This document shows, piece by piece, positions 32,793 to 43,299 of a DNA stretch of 64,000 nucleotides (positions are counted from its first letter, which is position 1; every line of letters starts with the position of its first letter). Where the stretch lies: assembly GCA_000004985.1 (NCBI GenBank), contig GG738885.1; one strand, written 5' to 3'. The notes under the pieces were generated by a model. The model did not search any database. It saw only the letters and a program-made list of their open reading frames with translations, and was not told where the DNA came from. Origin of the DNA: Naegleria gruberi (taxonomy: Eukaryota). The position numbers were made by a program, and so were the translations under genes.

Positions 32793-33479
32793 TTAACAAT
32801 AATAAATTTCATCCTCAATAAACTCATAAATCAAAGATTCCAATCCTTTCCACTTTGATTTGAGTTTCAATCTTCTCTTGAGTGCAGAGAATTTATCACT
32901 CAAAATCTTTACAATGCAAACAGTTAATGGTTGAGTGGATTCTTCATCGTGATTATCTGGACACCACATTTCTAAAAAATCTTCACTTCGTTCCACTAGC
33001 TCAATAATATCGTCATCATTGAAGTGGTTTCGTCTTGCTTCGATGAGTTCAATAGATTTTGAGAATAATTTTGGATATTGTAAAATTCTTGACAAGTCCA
33101 ATAATTTGAAGATAAATTCCAAATAATTGGTTCCTTCAATAACTGATGACAAGTCACAAGTCCAAATGTCGTACATTAGTTTGAGAGTTGTTTCCAATGC
33201 TTGACAATTTAAAGTCTTTTCACCTTGACTCATTTCATTCTTGAAGCATAATTTTACAATATCCAATGGTTTTGTATCGTCGTGGGCACTATTGGAAAGT
33301 TGCTTTCTAATAGTTTCAGAATAACTCGATAACACATCCTTATGGAGGACCAAGTTGGTCTTTCCTATCTGAATCTTTAAATCACTCGATTCCTCAATGT
33401 TAAATAGTTTGTTAATTTCTACTGGGTCAGAAATTTGTTCATTGTGTGAAATTTCATTCATCATGGTCAATTCATACAC
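32793..33479 (-). CDS. BTB/POZ-domain protein; possibly the 3' exon(s) of the upstream RCC1-repeat gene (RCBTB-like)
   Basis: A 228-aa ORF. The BTB-like core is TNLVLHKDVLSSYSETIRKQL...LDIVKLCF.... It lies 72 bp downstream, on the same strand, of the end of the RCC1-repeat ORF. Confidence 0.4.
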   Translation of the reverse strand: MYELTMMNEISHNEQISDPVEINKLFNIEESSDLKIQIGKTNLVLHKDVLSSYSETIRKQLSNSAHDDTKPLDIVKLCFKNEMSQGEKTLNCQALETTLKLMYDIWTCDLSSVIEGTNYLEFIFKLLDLSRILQYPKLFSKSIELIEARRNHFNDDDIIELVERSEDFLEMWCPDNHDEESTQPLTVCIVKILSDKFSALKRRLKLKSKWKGLESLIYEFIEDEIYYC

Positions 33480-33550
33480 TCTACAAGTTCCTTTGAAAAG
33501 ATTTGGAAGTTTGCTTTTAGTTTCTGGTTTTTCATCGCTGTGTAATTCCT

Positions 33551-36070
33551 TTATGGTCTTTTTGTAAAAGTTGCAAAATCTCTTTCCAATAGACAGAATC
33601 GAATGGGAGAAAGTGAAAGTCCTCTCAATTTCTCAATATTTAAACCCATTGCCTCTGGGTTGAATTCATCAAATTTCAATAAACTATTCATATTTGTCAT
33701 TTCATGAATCATTTCGTCAGATAATTTTGAAACATGTCTTACATTACTCGAGTTGACCTTTTCAAACAAATTTTCCAGCAAGGTTGTTTTTAAATTAATT
33801 AAATATCCAAAAGGAACACAAATTGACACTGTAAAAAGCATCTTGACAATATCCTTTGCCGATAACTCATTAAAAAATCGAGAATCAAATCGATCATTAT
33901 TAATGGTTGCATTAATTATAAATTGAACGTGTGAAATGTCGAAATGAACTGTCATCTTATCGAGTAAATTCAAGAAGTGAATCGTCATTGGACAGAATCT
34001 ATTCAGTAATGGCTTGAATATGTATAAATCTCCTGATTTAGTTTGAATTCGTGTAGATCTTGGTTCTATCAATACATTCGATTTTGAAAGCATTGACTGA
34101 TTATCAACCTTGTTCACATTTGAATTATTATAGAAAATTGTAAAACTCTCTCCACATGCAACCGAGTTAAAATCCAACTCTCCAACTTTCTCCTTTGGAA
34201 ATTTAACTCTTTTCAGATAATTCTGATACTCGTTATCTTGTATTCCATTAATGAATCCCAATCTTCCATCTTCATTCTTTCCACATGCAAAGAATTGATC
34301 CAGATAATTTACAAACACTGAGTGGTGATAACCACAAGTCAGGTTTTTAAAACTATTCTTTGAACTTTCGCCATCTCCAAAAGTAATAAACTTGAAAGTT
34401 GGATTTGTCACATGAGTCTTGAATGAGGATAAGGAACCAACAGAGTAAATATCAGTCCTAGATCTAGGACTGTCATTATGTGAATCTGCAGAGAATGGTC
34501 GAGGAGAACACAAATCCTGAAATAAATTTGAAGGAGAATAATTTGGATTCGAATGAAAAATGTAAATTTTCTTGGAAGAGTTTGAAATAGCCAATGTAAA
34601 ATAAATTCCACTACTCAATTGGTCCACTTTCTCATTAAGAGGAACTTTCTTAAAGAATGGAATGATTGAATTCTTTCTATACATGGTTGACCTCTTTTCT
34701 TCAGGCATTGTTGATACATCCACAACTGATGCAGCATCATTCATATCACCACCAATTCCACAACTGAAAATTTCACCATCCATTGATAAAATTGCAGCTG
34801 TGTCTATATTAAAAGAAATTGATTTGATTGGAATGTTGAAGAGTGGAATTTGTGTAAAGACTGAAATTTTAGTCTTGTGAAGAAAAAGTCCCAATTGAGC
34901 ATTTGCATTCGATCCACATACGAAAACTTCTCTTTTTGAAGTGATTATTGCAGAATTATTGAACTGACAATGAATATCATCAATATGTTGATCCTTATTC
35001 AGGTAAAAATTGACTTTTGAAAAGACAAATCGATCACTAAAATCACCCAATCCCAATTGACCATCATTATTCCTTCCCGTTGAATAAACATCCCCATTCT
35101 GAGTCACAATCATTGTGTGCTTATCTCCACATGAAACCAACTTGACATTGTACAAATTTTTCAAATTCAAATTTCTAGAAATTGTCCTCGAAGGTCTCCT
35201 CATTGGTAACATGGGTTTTCCAATACTCTCAACGAGTGGTAAGAGGTTAGTGAGATGGACCTCTCTCAGGAAATTCAATTCCAAATCTTCGTGTGGTTCC
35301 AATTCGGATTGTATATGAGAAAGTGTGGAAGGAGAAGACGAAACTCTTGGTGAGTGAATAGGTGTAATGTCTGGAACATCAGAGTCACTTCCAATCGAAT
35401 CATTACTCGAATTTAAATCGGAATTTTGACCCCTTCTATGAGTTATTGTTTTAGGAATTCCCAATTGACCGAAATCATTCCATCCAGAACAGAATAATCT
35501 TCCACCATGTGTTAAAATCATGTAATGTTTGGATCCACATGAAATTTTCTTAATTTTCTCTCCAAATGGAATTGTTTTATAATAATTCAATCGATCCCTT
35601 AATGAAATTGTCGGCAATAACGTTGCTGACTTTCCCATATAATTATCCGAATGTTGTTTTGATTTTTGCTGTTGTTGAATAAATTCCAATCTCTTTTGCT
35701 GTTCTCGAGATGTGTTGTAAATTGAGCCACACAACAGGAGTCCGTCAAATTTTCCTCTTGACGAATCTTCATAACATGTTTGATTTGCAGCTTCACTATT
35801 AGACGATTCGAAACTTTGATTTAGAGTTTGGTTTAGGTTAGTTTCCTTGTTGTTGATTTCAACACGGAGTAGTGGTGGTGTATTATCGGCATCTAGAGAA
35901 GATGCTTGACTTGTTGCTGATGAATAGGAAGAAGCATCTTCTTCATCTCCTTTCCCACAATCATTATTCGAATGAACGTTTAGAAAATTATTCGAATTCA
36001 TTAAATACCCATCATCACTATATTCCAAAACACTACTGATCGAAAGAGAAGGAACTCTTTTCTTATCCAT
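33551..36070 (-). CDS. RCC1-repeat (regulator of chromosome condensation-like) protein with BTB-like C-terminal region
   Basis: An 839-aa ORF with a Ser-rich N-terminus. RCC1 blade motifs recur (CGSKHYMILTHGGRLFCSGWNDFGQLGI; CGDKHTMIVTQNGDVYSTGRNNDGQLGLGD; CGSNANAQLGL). The C-terminus is BTB-like (TVHFDISHVQFIINATINNDRFDSRFF). Confidence 0.6.
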   Translation of the reverse strand: MDKKRVPSLSISSVLEYSDDGYLMNSNNFLNVHSNNDCGKGDEEDASSYSSATSQASSLDADNTPPLLRVEINNKETNLNQTLNQSFESSNSEAANQTCYEDSSRGKFDGLLLCGSIYNTSREQQKRLEFIQQQQKSKQHSDNYMGKSATLLPTISLRDRLNYYKTIPFGEKIKKISCGSKHYMILTHGGRLFCSGWNDFGQLGIPKTITHRRGQNSDLNSSNDSIGSDSDVPDITPIHSPRVSSSPSTLSHIQSELEPHEDLELNFLREVHLTNLLPLVESIGKPMLPMRRPSRTISRNLNLKNLYNVKLVSCGDKHTMIVTQNGDVYSTGRNNDGQLGLGDFSDRFVFSKVNFYLNKDQHIDDIHCQFNNSAIITSKREVFVCGSNANAQLGLFLHKTKISVFTQIPLFNIPIKSISFNIDTAAILSMDGEIFSCGIGGDMNDAASVVDVSTMPEEKRSTMYRKNSIIPFFKKVPLNEKVDQLSSGIYFTLAISNSSKKIYIFHSNPNYSPSNLFQDLCSPRPFSADSHNDSPRSRTDIYSVGSLSSFKTHVTNPTFKFITFGDGESSKNSFKNLTCGYHHSVFVNYLDQFFACGKNEDGRLGFINGIQDNEYQNYLKRVKFPKEKVGELDFNSVACGESFTIFYNNSNVNKVDNQSMLSKSNVLIEPRSTRIQTKSGDLYIFKPLLNRFCPMTIHFLNLLDKMTVHFDISHVQFIINATINNDRFDSRFFNELSAKDIVKMLFTVSICVPFGYLINLKTTLLENLFEKVNSSNVRHVSKLSDEMIHEMTNMNSLLKFDEFNPEAMGLNIEKLRGLSLSPIRFCLLERDFATFTKRP

Positions 36071-36723
36071 TTTTTAATGATGACAAGATTGCAATCAATA
36101 ATAATACACTTTCGAATAGTTTTTTTCACAGTGTCTACAACTACCCTTTCTGCCTGTTTTTTTAGAACTGTATTGATGTTGCCATGACAGCAAACTTTGA
36201 CTCTTTGCTAGTTGATACCTTTTTTGGAAGATGGATGATTACTATTTAACAAATGAGCCAGTTGAAGTATTTCCACAACGTAAAAAAAGATTTTAGGAAT
36301 GAAAGAGATAAAAAAATTTTTGAAAATTATTAAATATCGAAAATCGAGTTTTGATAATGAAGGAATTGATGAGGAAAAGCAAAACTGAAATTGGAAAGGA
36401 ATGGGAGATGGGTTATTGGTGTGGAGATTTGATGGATTTTTATGGATGTTGTATGACAAAAGTATGGTTGGACTTGTTGTTTATTGATTGGATGGGTTAT
36501 TTAGTAAGGTTTCTTTAGTATACACATTACAATATATTCGAAACTTGTAAAATTATAAAATGTGAAAAAAACATAGATGATGAAATATGTTATCTTCGAT
36601 CATTTTGACCTTAGAGGAAATCCGCCTTTAAGTTTATTAACAAAGAGATGATGACGCGCTTAATGCGATACTGAACACATTTTAATTGACACCTGAATTA
36701 ATTTCTCTGACATTTAGAAAAAA

Positions 36724-38562
36724 ATGCAAAGAAGGTTCCAACATCAAACTCTCAAGAATTTATTCTCCGTGCTTCATCAACAACAAGATCAAATCCTGTT
36801 GAGAAAATTCTCATATTCTTCTTCAGTTTCCAATTCAGCTGAAACTAAAGTTCAACAAGACGAAACAGCAAAATGTCCTTACCACCAACAAAAACAAGAG
36901 AAAATTCTCACCTTTGATGATCTCCCTGGTCCTAAAGGTTTACCACTCGTTGGAAGTCTCTTTGATTTGATGAGAGCTTCGAATGGAATTCAAAATTATT
37001 TTTCACAACTTGTTGGTGATTATGGTAAAACTGTCAAGATCAAATTGTTGAATAAGAGAATGATCATTACACAGGATCCTGATTTGGCTAATGAAATTGC
37101 AAAACAGGATGAAGGAAGAGAAACTCTTGAACCAGGTAAGTTTTCTTCACATTGAGTTGATAATTTTAATTTGAATAGCAAGAAAATTCAAGGTTGAAAG
37201 AGGATTGCCTCAGAATCCAGTCGAATCTTACAATTATGAAGATTGGTATGATATGAGACAATTGTATAATATTGCAATGCGTAAGTTGACTATTTATTGA
37301 GATTGCCAAAATTTATATGGATAGGTCCTGAATTTGTTCAAAATGTTATCATTCCACAATTAACTGAACTCAATAGTGAATTTTTACAATATCTCACCAA
37401 AAATTTGGCCTATGACAAGGAGAAGGATCATTTCGAATTACAAAATGGAACAAGAGTTGTCAATAGATATACTTTCAATTCTGTTGTAAAGGTTTTCATG
37501 GGTGCCAAGATGACCGATGAAGCTGCCTCAAAGCTCTCTTACTCAATTGATGAATTTGTTAATTTGGTTGTTGTGTTTTTGGATAACATTTTGAAACTCC
37601 AAAATGGATCTCAACTTTACAAATTATTTAAAACCAAGGAATATCGTGATATGGAAAATGGATATGAATTGGGATTGAATAGATCAAAGGAATGTATTGA
37701 CATGTTTGATAAGGGTGAATATGCTGGAAAACCAAGAATGAAAGAACTCATTGAAGAAAGAGCTTCAAAATTCCAAGATAACAAGGATAAGCAACTCTAT
37801 GTAAATGTTGTGTTGAGCTCCTTCTTGATGGCTGGTGTTGATATCACTGCTCGTACCATAGTAGGTGAGTATTCTTTGTATTGAGAATTTTTCAATAATT
37901 CAATTTTAATGTGTTTGTTGTTTTGTGGAATAGTCTTAATGTATAGATTGGCCACTGAGAAGGAATTCCAAGAGAAACTCTACCAAGAAACTGTTGAAGT
38001 ATTTGGAGAACCAACATTGGATGAATTGACTTCAGAAAATGGTCTCACAATCACTCCAGAAACTTTGAAGAAACTCAAGTTATGCAGAGCCTTTGCAGAT
38101 GAAAGTTTGAGATTGAATCACATCATTAAATCGACAAGCACCAGACAATTGAGTAAGGATATTGTTGCTAGTGGAATTAAGATTGAACAGGGCACAACTG
38201 TCATGTTCTTGGAAGATCCTGCCAGGTATCAACAATGGGTTAAAAAGAGTACTGAATTCATTCCTGAAAGACATGAAAGAGGTTCTGACCTTGCCGTTCC
38301 AAAGACATTCTCTGGACCTTTCGGTAAAGGAGCTAGAAAATGTCCTGGTGAAAGAGTTGCCTTTACTGAAATTTACTTTGCCTTGATTAATCTTGCAAGA
38401 CATTTCAGATTATCTCACTCTAATGGAAACACTCTTCCTCCACTCAATGAAACCACAACTTTGGGGTATTTGGATATGAATAAGTATCATTTGTATTTCA
38501 AACCAAGAGAGCATTTGGCTGAATACTTTGAACAATTAAAGAAGACCCAAGCAAAACATTAA
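36724..38562 (+). CDS. Cytochrome P450, mitochondrial-clan-like
   Basis: Four exons: 36724..37135, 37179..37280, 37325..37864 and 37934..38562. The introns are 43, 44 and 69 nt (GTAAGT, GTAAGT, GTGAGT; phases 1, 1, 1). The spliced protein has a presequence-like N-terminus, the FDDLPGPKGLPLVGSL entry motif, the I-helix AGVDITARTIV, ESLRL (EXXR) and the heme loop FGKGARKCPGERVAF. Confidence 0.7.
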
Positions 38563-39148
38563 TTTGCATGTGGGATTTTGTACTAGAAAGTCAAATAAAC
38601 AATGTTATTATTGAACACCCATGAGGACTAGTAAAACGACAAAGATGATATTCCATATATGCCATTGATGTTAATTTTTTTGTAATCTCCTTCGTTCATC
38701 TGGTTGTGATTCTAATCAAGAATGTTTACAATACCAAACAATGATTTAGAAATGAATCCATTTAAAGACCTACCCTCTATCTATTCAGAATTGAAAACTC
38801 CTCAGTAATAATGTATTTCATACTCTCCCAATAATACACCCTCAATTATATTCTTCATAAAATCCTATTAAACTTCCTCTCCTCAATATTCCATTATCAT
38901 CATCACTACAACCTTCTCTCCCTATTACATAACACCTCCAGAAGAACATTCCTCCAATAATAACAGCACGTTTATCAACTTCTTACTTTGAGGCTTATTT
39001 AAAATTGTTTGTGCTTTAGAGAAATTTTTTAAAGTTTGAAAAAAATCAGCGAAGAGCTTTTGATAGGTCGGCACCTCATCGTTAGCACAACAACAACAAA
39101 ATAATATTGATTATTGCTGCATCAATAGAATCATCAGATATATAGAAT

Positions 39149-40326
39149 ATGAGTCGTCCAATTAATGTGGATCCGATAGCGTCTGGATCATACGGAGCCA
39201 TTGAATCGAGTAAAAAGTTTGATAAACCAAAGGATGCTGGTAAAACAGAATTATTTATTGATGAGAGGGATTTTAGGAAGGACGATGATTTGGAGGAAAA
39301 TTATAGAATTGTTGATGAAGGGAAGAAAAAATCGGCAGCACGAAAGCTTTGTTTGAGTATTGTGAAGGCTTTTGTTATCTTGTTGCTTTTTGCAGTTTTT
39401 GTTGGTATTGTCGTTTTGATTGTTGAATTGGTTGAATTGTTCCACACAAGTCAGGTGAGTTTTTCATTGTCACACCATATATCAATGATGGAATTAATGT
39501 GCTTGTACAATTATTATTATTATTATTGAATATTATTATAATTATTTGAAAATTATTGAATCACACATGATGAAAATATCTATTGGAATGTTCGGAATAA
39601 TGATAACAGGTTGCTGATTTGAATATTCACTTTAAATTGAGTGCTGAATGTGAAGCATCTGCAATGGATATCAATAATATTATTACTGGTTTGGATAAGA
39701 ATCAACAAATTAACTTTAATGTTACCCAACAACCACACGTTACTTTATACTTGACAAGATTCCTCAGTGAATTTACTGACACTATTATTTCAAGTGTCAA
39801 TCAAACATTACTTGCTGAAAGTAAACTTTACAATCTGACTGATTGTACTGCCACTACCAATACATTTGTCAATGTAACTGGTTCCTATGCATTATGGAAC
39901 ATGCCAATTCCAGCTTGTTTACAAAGAATGAGTGATATCATTGTAAATGCCACTTCTCAATTTGTAGATCCTAGAGTTAAGAACACTATTCCATCATGGG
40001 TCAATAATTTACCAAATGCTCTCAAGGAAGTTAAAATCAAAATGATTCACTTTTATGGATCTCCAAATGTTTATTCTCAATTCCAACCTCAGTAAGTTTT
40101 TCAAATATATATTTCAATTTTGAATCTCATACATTTATACAGTGTGACAGTTGCTCACGACGACGTCAATCCAAAGGAATTAGAACATGCCTTTGCCACC
40201 TTAGGACCTGTCCAATCATGCTCCTTCAAGATTAAGACCATTGCTATTGGCCAAACTGGCGATTATGGTACTGTTTTGAGAGGAAAGGACATTGCCTCTT
40301 TTGATCTTTCTCAATATTCCAATTAA
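39149..40326 (+). CDS. 2H phosphoesterase-superfamily-like protein with N-terminal signal-anchor (type II membrane topology) and multiple N-glycosylation sequons
   Basis: Three exons: 39149..39454, 39610..40091 and 40143..40326. The introns are 39455..39609 (GTGAGT..ACAG) and 40092..40142 (GTAAGT..ACAG, phase 2, restoring FQP|H). The spliced protein has a cytosolic N-tail and one TM helix (LCLSIVKAFVILLLFAVFVGIVVLIV). Its luminal domain carries two H-x-T-x motifs (QPHVTLYLT and QPHVTVAHD), the hallmark of the 2H cyclic phosphodiesterase/LigT fold. There are five NxT/S sequons. Confidence 0.5.
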
Positions 40327-40697
40327 TTAATCTATGTTAATATATTAAACATTTCAAATTATTATTTTGTAACATTTATTGTAAAACATTCACAAAATCA
40401 TCACATAATGCTACAAGTTGTTAACAATCTATTTTTAAAAAAAAATAAAAAGTTTGGCGCTCTCTTTGTGTCCTTCATCACCAAGATCAAACTTTTTCGG
40501 GATCACAGAGAACAAATCCTTTGATTGCGATTTTACAGCAATCATTTGATAACTAACAACACATCTTATTACCTATATTGATAATATTAAACATATATAA
40601 TAGACGAGAAATATTGTAATTTAATAACAAACATTACCTCAAGAAACGCTAGAGAGAATTTATCACATCCTAATCACACTGATTTAATTGTAAAATT

Positions 40698-42194
40698 ATG
40701 CTTCCATCATCATCAAATAATAATATATTCACTACTCCCCAATTACCTTCTGCATCCTCATCAACACCAAGTGGAAATAATGGCATGATACCGTCCTTTC
40801 AAAGTAATAATAATAATAATACTAGTAGTAGTAGTGTGGATTCACAACAACAACAACATCAATATTCATCACACCTCCAACCCACCTTTTCAAATCATCC
40901 TCCCTATCATTCTATTCATTCAACAGCTAGTAATGGACCTGGACTCTCCCATCATCATCACCATCATGGACATCATCAAGCCTCTCTCCAACCTCCAATC
41001 CCGATCATGAATGGAAATCAAAAGATTCCCAATGCAAATAATAGATTTGTTTTTCCAACACATCCATCCATGTTAATGATGAGTAATCCTTCACAACATC
41101 CCTATATGCCTCCACATCATGGTGGTGTAATGCCATCCTCCTCCACAGCTCAACAACCTCCTTCTCAATACTCTCAAGAAGTAGTATCAAATTCTAGGAC
41201 AATACCCCCAAATGTTAATAATATTCCAATGAATACTACCGTAAAATATAGTAATAGTACAATAATGAATAACAAGTATTCGACAACTATAGCTGATAAC
41301 TCAATCCCAACAACAACACCACAAGAATCCTACATATCAACAACAGTTCCATCAACAGCTTTACCTGTTTGGCAAAATTTAGTGTCTGAAATGGTCAACC
41401 CAACATCTAAAAAACCAAAGAATGAACTCCCACTCGCCAGAATTAAAAAGATTATGAAATCAGATGAAGAAGTAAGAACTAAAACAATGATTAGTGCAGA
41501 GGCACCAGTATTATTTGCCAAAGCATGTGAAATGTTTATTATTGAACTCACACTTCATGCATGGGTTCACACAGAGGAATCAAAAAGAAGAACACTCCAG
41601 AGAAATGATATTGCTGCAGCAATTGGAAAGACAGACATCTTTGACTTTTTGATAGATATTGTTCCGAGAGAGAATGAAAAACCAGCAACCAACTCTAATA
41701 GTCATCAACAATCTTCACACAGTCATCATCAACATGCCTCCAACAGTGGTGGAGGTGGAAAAGGAGTTTCTGCTACTGCTTCCTATCATCACAATCAACA
41801 AACATCACTTCCACAACAACAACAATTAATTGATCCACAAGAAGAAGAACACAATACTGTCGAAGAGGAAATTGATGATGAGGATGGTTTTCAAATTGAT
41901 GATGAAGATGACACTCATTCCGATGATGAATTCGAGCCACCTCAACAAGATATTACTCCAACAAAGAATGAAGATGTCTCCAAGCTGCTTTTGCCATCCC
42001 TAGATCCAAAGAATATGAGCGGAGAAAACTCTATCAAATTTGTACCAGGTCTTGGTGTTATTGGTTCTTCACAGAAACAAGCGAATATCGAACGAGAGAC
42101 AAGTGCTATACTTGTAGATGCTCCCGAGCTGACATCAGAGCCTAGCCAATTCTTAGATGATTCCCAGACATTCCTTCCACTCGATAATCAATAA
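40698..42194 (+). CDS. HAP5: CCAAT-binding factor subunit C (NF-YC / HAP5), histone-fold protein with long low-complexity flanks
   Basis: The core [82 protein letters not shown] is near-identical to the conserved NF-YC histone-fold domain. The flanks are Gln/His/Ser-rich. Confidence 0.85.
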   Translation: MLPSSSNNNIFTTPQLPSASSSTPSGNNGMIPSFQSNNNNNTSSSSVDSQQQQHQYSSHLQPTFSNHPPYHSIHSTASNGPGLSHHHHHHGHHQASLQPPIPIMNGNQKIPNANNRFVFPTHPSMLMMSNPSQHPYMPPHHGGVMPSSSTAQQPPSQYSQEVVSNSRTIPPNVNNIPMNTTVKYSNSTIMNNKYSTTIADNSIPTTTPQESYISTTVPSTALPVWQNLVSEMVNPTSKKPKNELPLARIKKIMKSDEEVRTKTMISAEAPVLFAKACEMFIIELTLHAWVHTEESKRRTLQRNDIAAAIGKTDIFDFLIDIVPRENEKPATNSNSHQQSSHSHHQHASNSGGGGKGVSATASYHHNQQTSLPQQQQLIDPQEEEHNTVEEEIDDEDGFQIDDEDDTHSDDEFEPPQQDITPTKNEDVSKLLLPSLDPKNMSGENSIKFVPGLGVIGSSQKQANIERETSAILVDAPELTSEPSQFLDDSQTFLPLDNQ

Positions 42195-42452
42195 ATTATT
42201 GAACAATGGTTGTTACATTTACGTTTTTTCGTTATTTAGAGCAAGCAATAGGGAAAAGAAAATTGCTGCTGAAATTGAGTGAAATGGATATCTTGGTAGC
42301 AAACTTTCGGAGAATGTATAATTTAACTACAACATTTAATATAACTACTACAATGTTTGCGCATCATGGAATTAATACTAACAAACTTCATCAACTGCGC
42401 AATTATAATAACCAAAACCATCATGAATTTTAATATGATTTATTGGTTAAAT

Positions 42453-42710
42453 TTAATCAGTCTTAACTCTGAAAGAGCAACCTTCAGTCAAACGGGCCTT
42501 ACCACCGGTTGGTTGGCACAAGACAGTTGAACAAGTACCACACAAAACGACTCTCTTAGCATGGGAGAAAACAGTGGTGATCTTATAACAACCTGGACAC
42601 TTAACATCCATGAAGAAAGAGTTTGGAGTTGGGATCAATCTCTTCAACTTATGTTGAGTAGCTTGTTGCTTGGCATTAGGATAAAGGAGATCTTCTTCTA
42701 AAAAGCCCAT
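42453..42710 (-). CDS. RPS27: Ribosomal protein eS27 (40S S27)
   Basis: An 85-aa ORF. The sequence [60 protein letters not shown] is the eS27 C4 zinc-finger core. Confidence 0.9.
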   Translation of the reverse strand: MGFLEEDLLYPNAKQQATQHKLKRLIPTPNSFFMDVKCPGCYKITTVFSHAKRVVLCGTCSTVLCQPTGGKARLTEGCSFRVKTD

Positions 42711-43299
42711 GGTGATATTGTTGATTTTTTTTCGAACAAGAAAAATGAATTTTGGTTGATATGAATTTTACAATGAAAACTCACTAGCTAGGCAAACAAT
42801 AAAAAATTTGTTATCTTACCATCTACTCCTTGTTGTGCTGTTGTGATAACCTTCCAAGAAACTAATTTTGATAAGAAGGAATTGGTAAATTAATAGGAAA
42901 GTACTAAGAGGAATATCTTGGATATCTTCTAAATTATTGTTGAACATACTTGCATAGATTGAATTATAGTATTGCAATGTTTCAATCTAATCATGGAAGA
43001 GGAGAAGCCTCTCCAAGTCTATTCACTCACATCAGGGATTGGCTCTTCTCGCATAATGAACACAATTTGGATCTGTGTGGTGGCTTGGAAACTATTCGTC
43101 AATGTTTATCTCGATCGAAGGCTTTCCAATTTTCGTAGGTTTTTCTCTTCTTTGATCATCTTGATATTTATTGTCTGTGATGGAATTAAACAATTAATAA
43201 TAACGGATTAATTAACTATGGAATGATATGGAATAATTTAATGCCAATGATGAGAATAGGAATAATCTTCGTTATCAAATCTATAAAACAATTACTCAA

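Noticed and set aside
39515-39545. (TTA)n/(TAT)n microsatellite and other short A/T homopolymer runs
   Set aside because: This is ordinary low-complexity sequence in AT-rich intergenic and intron DNA with no higher-order structure.
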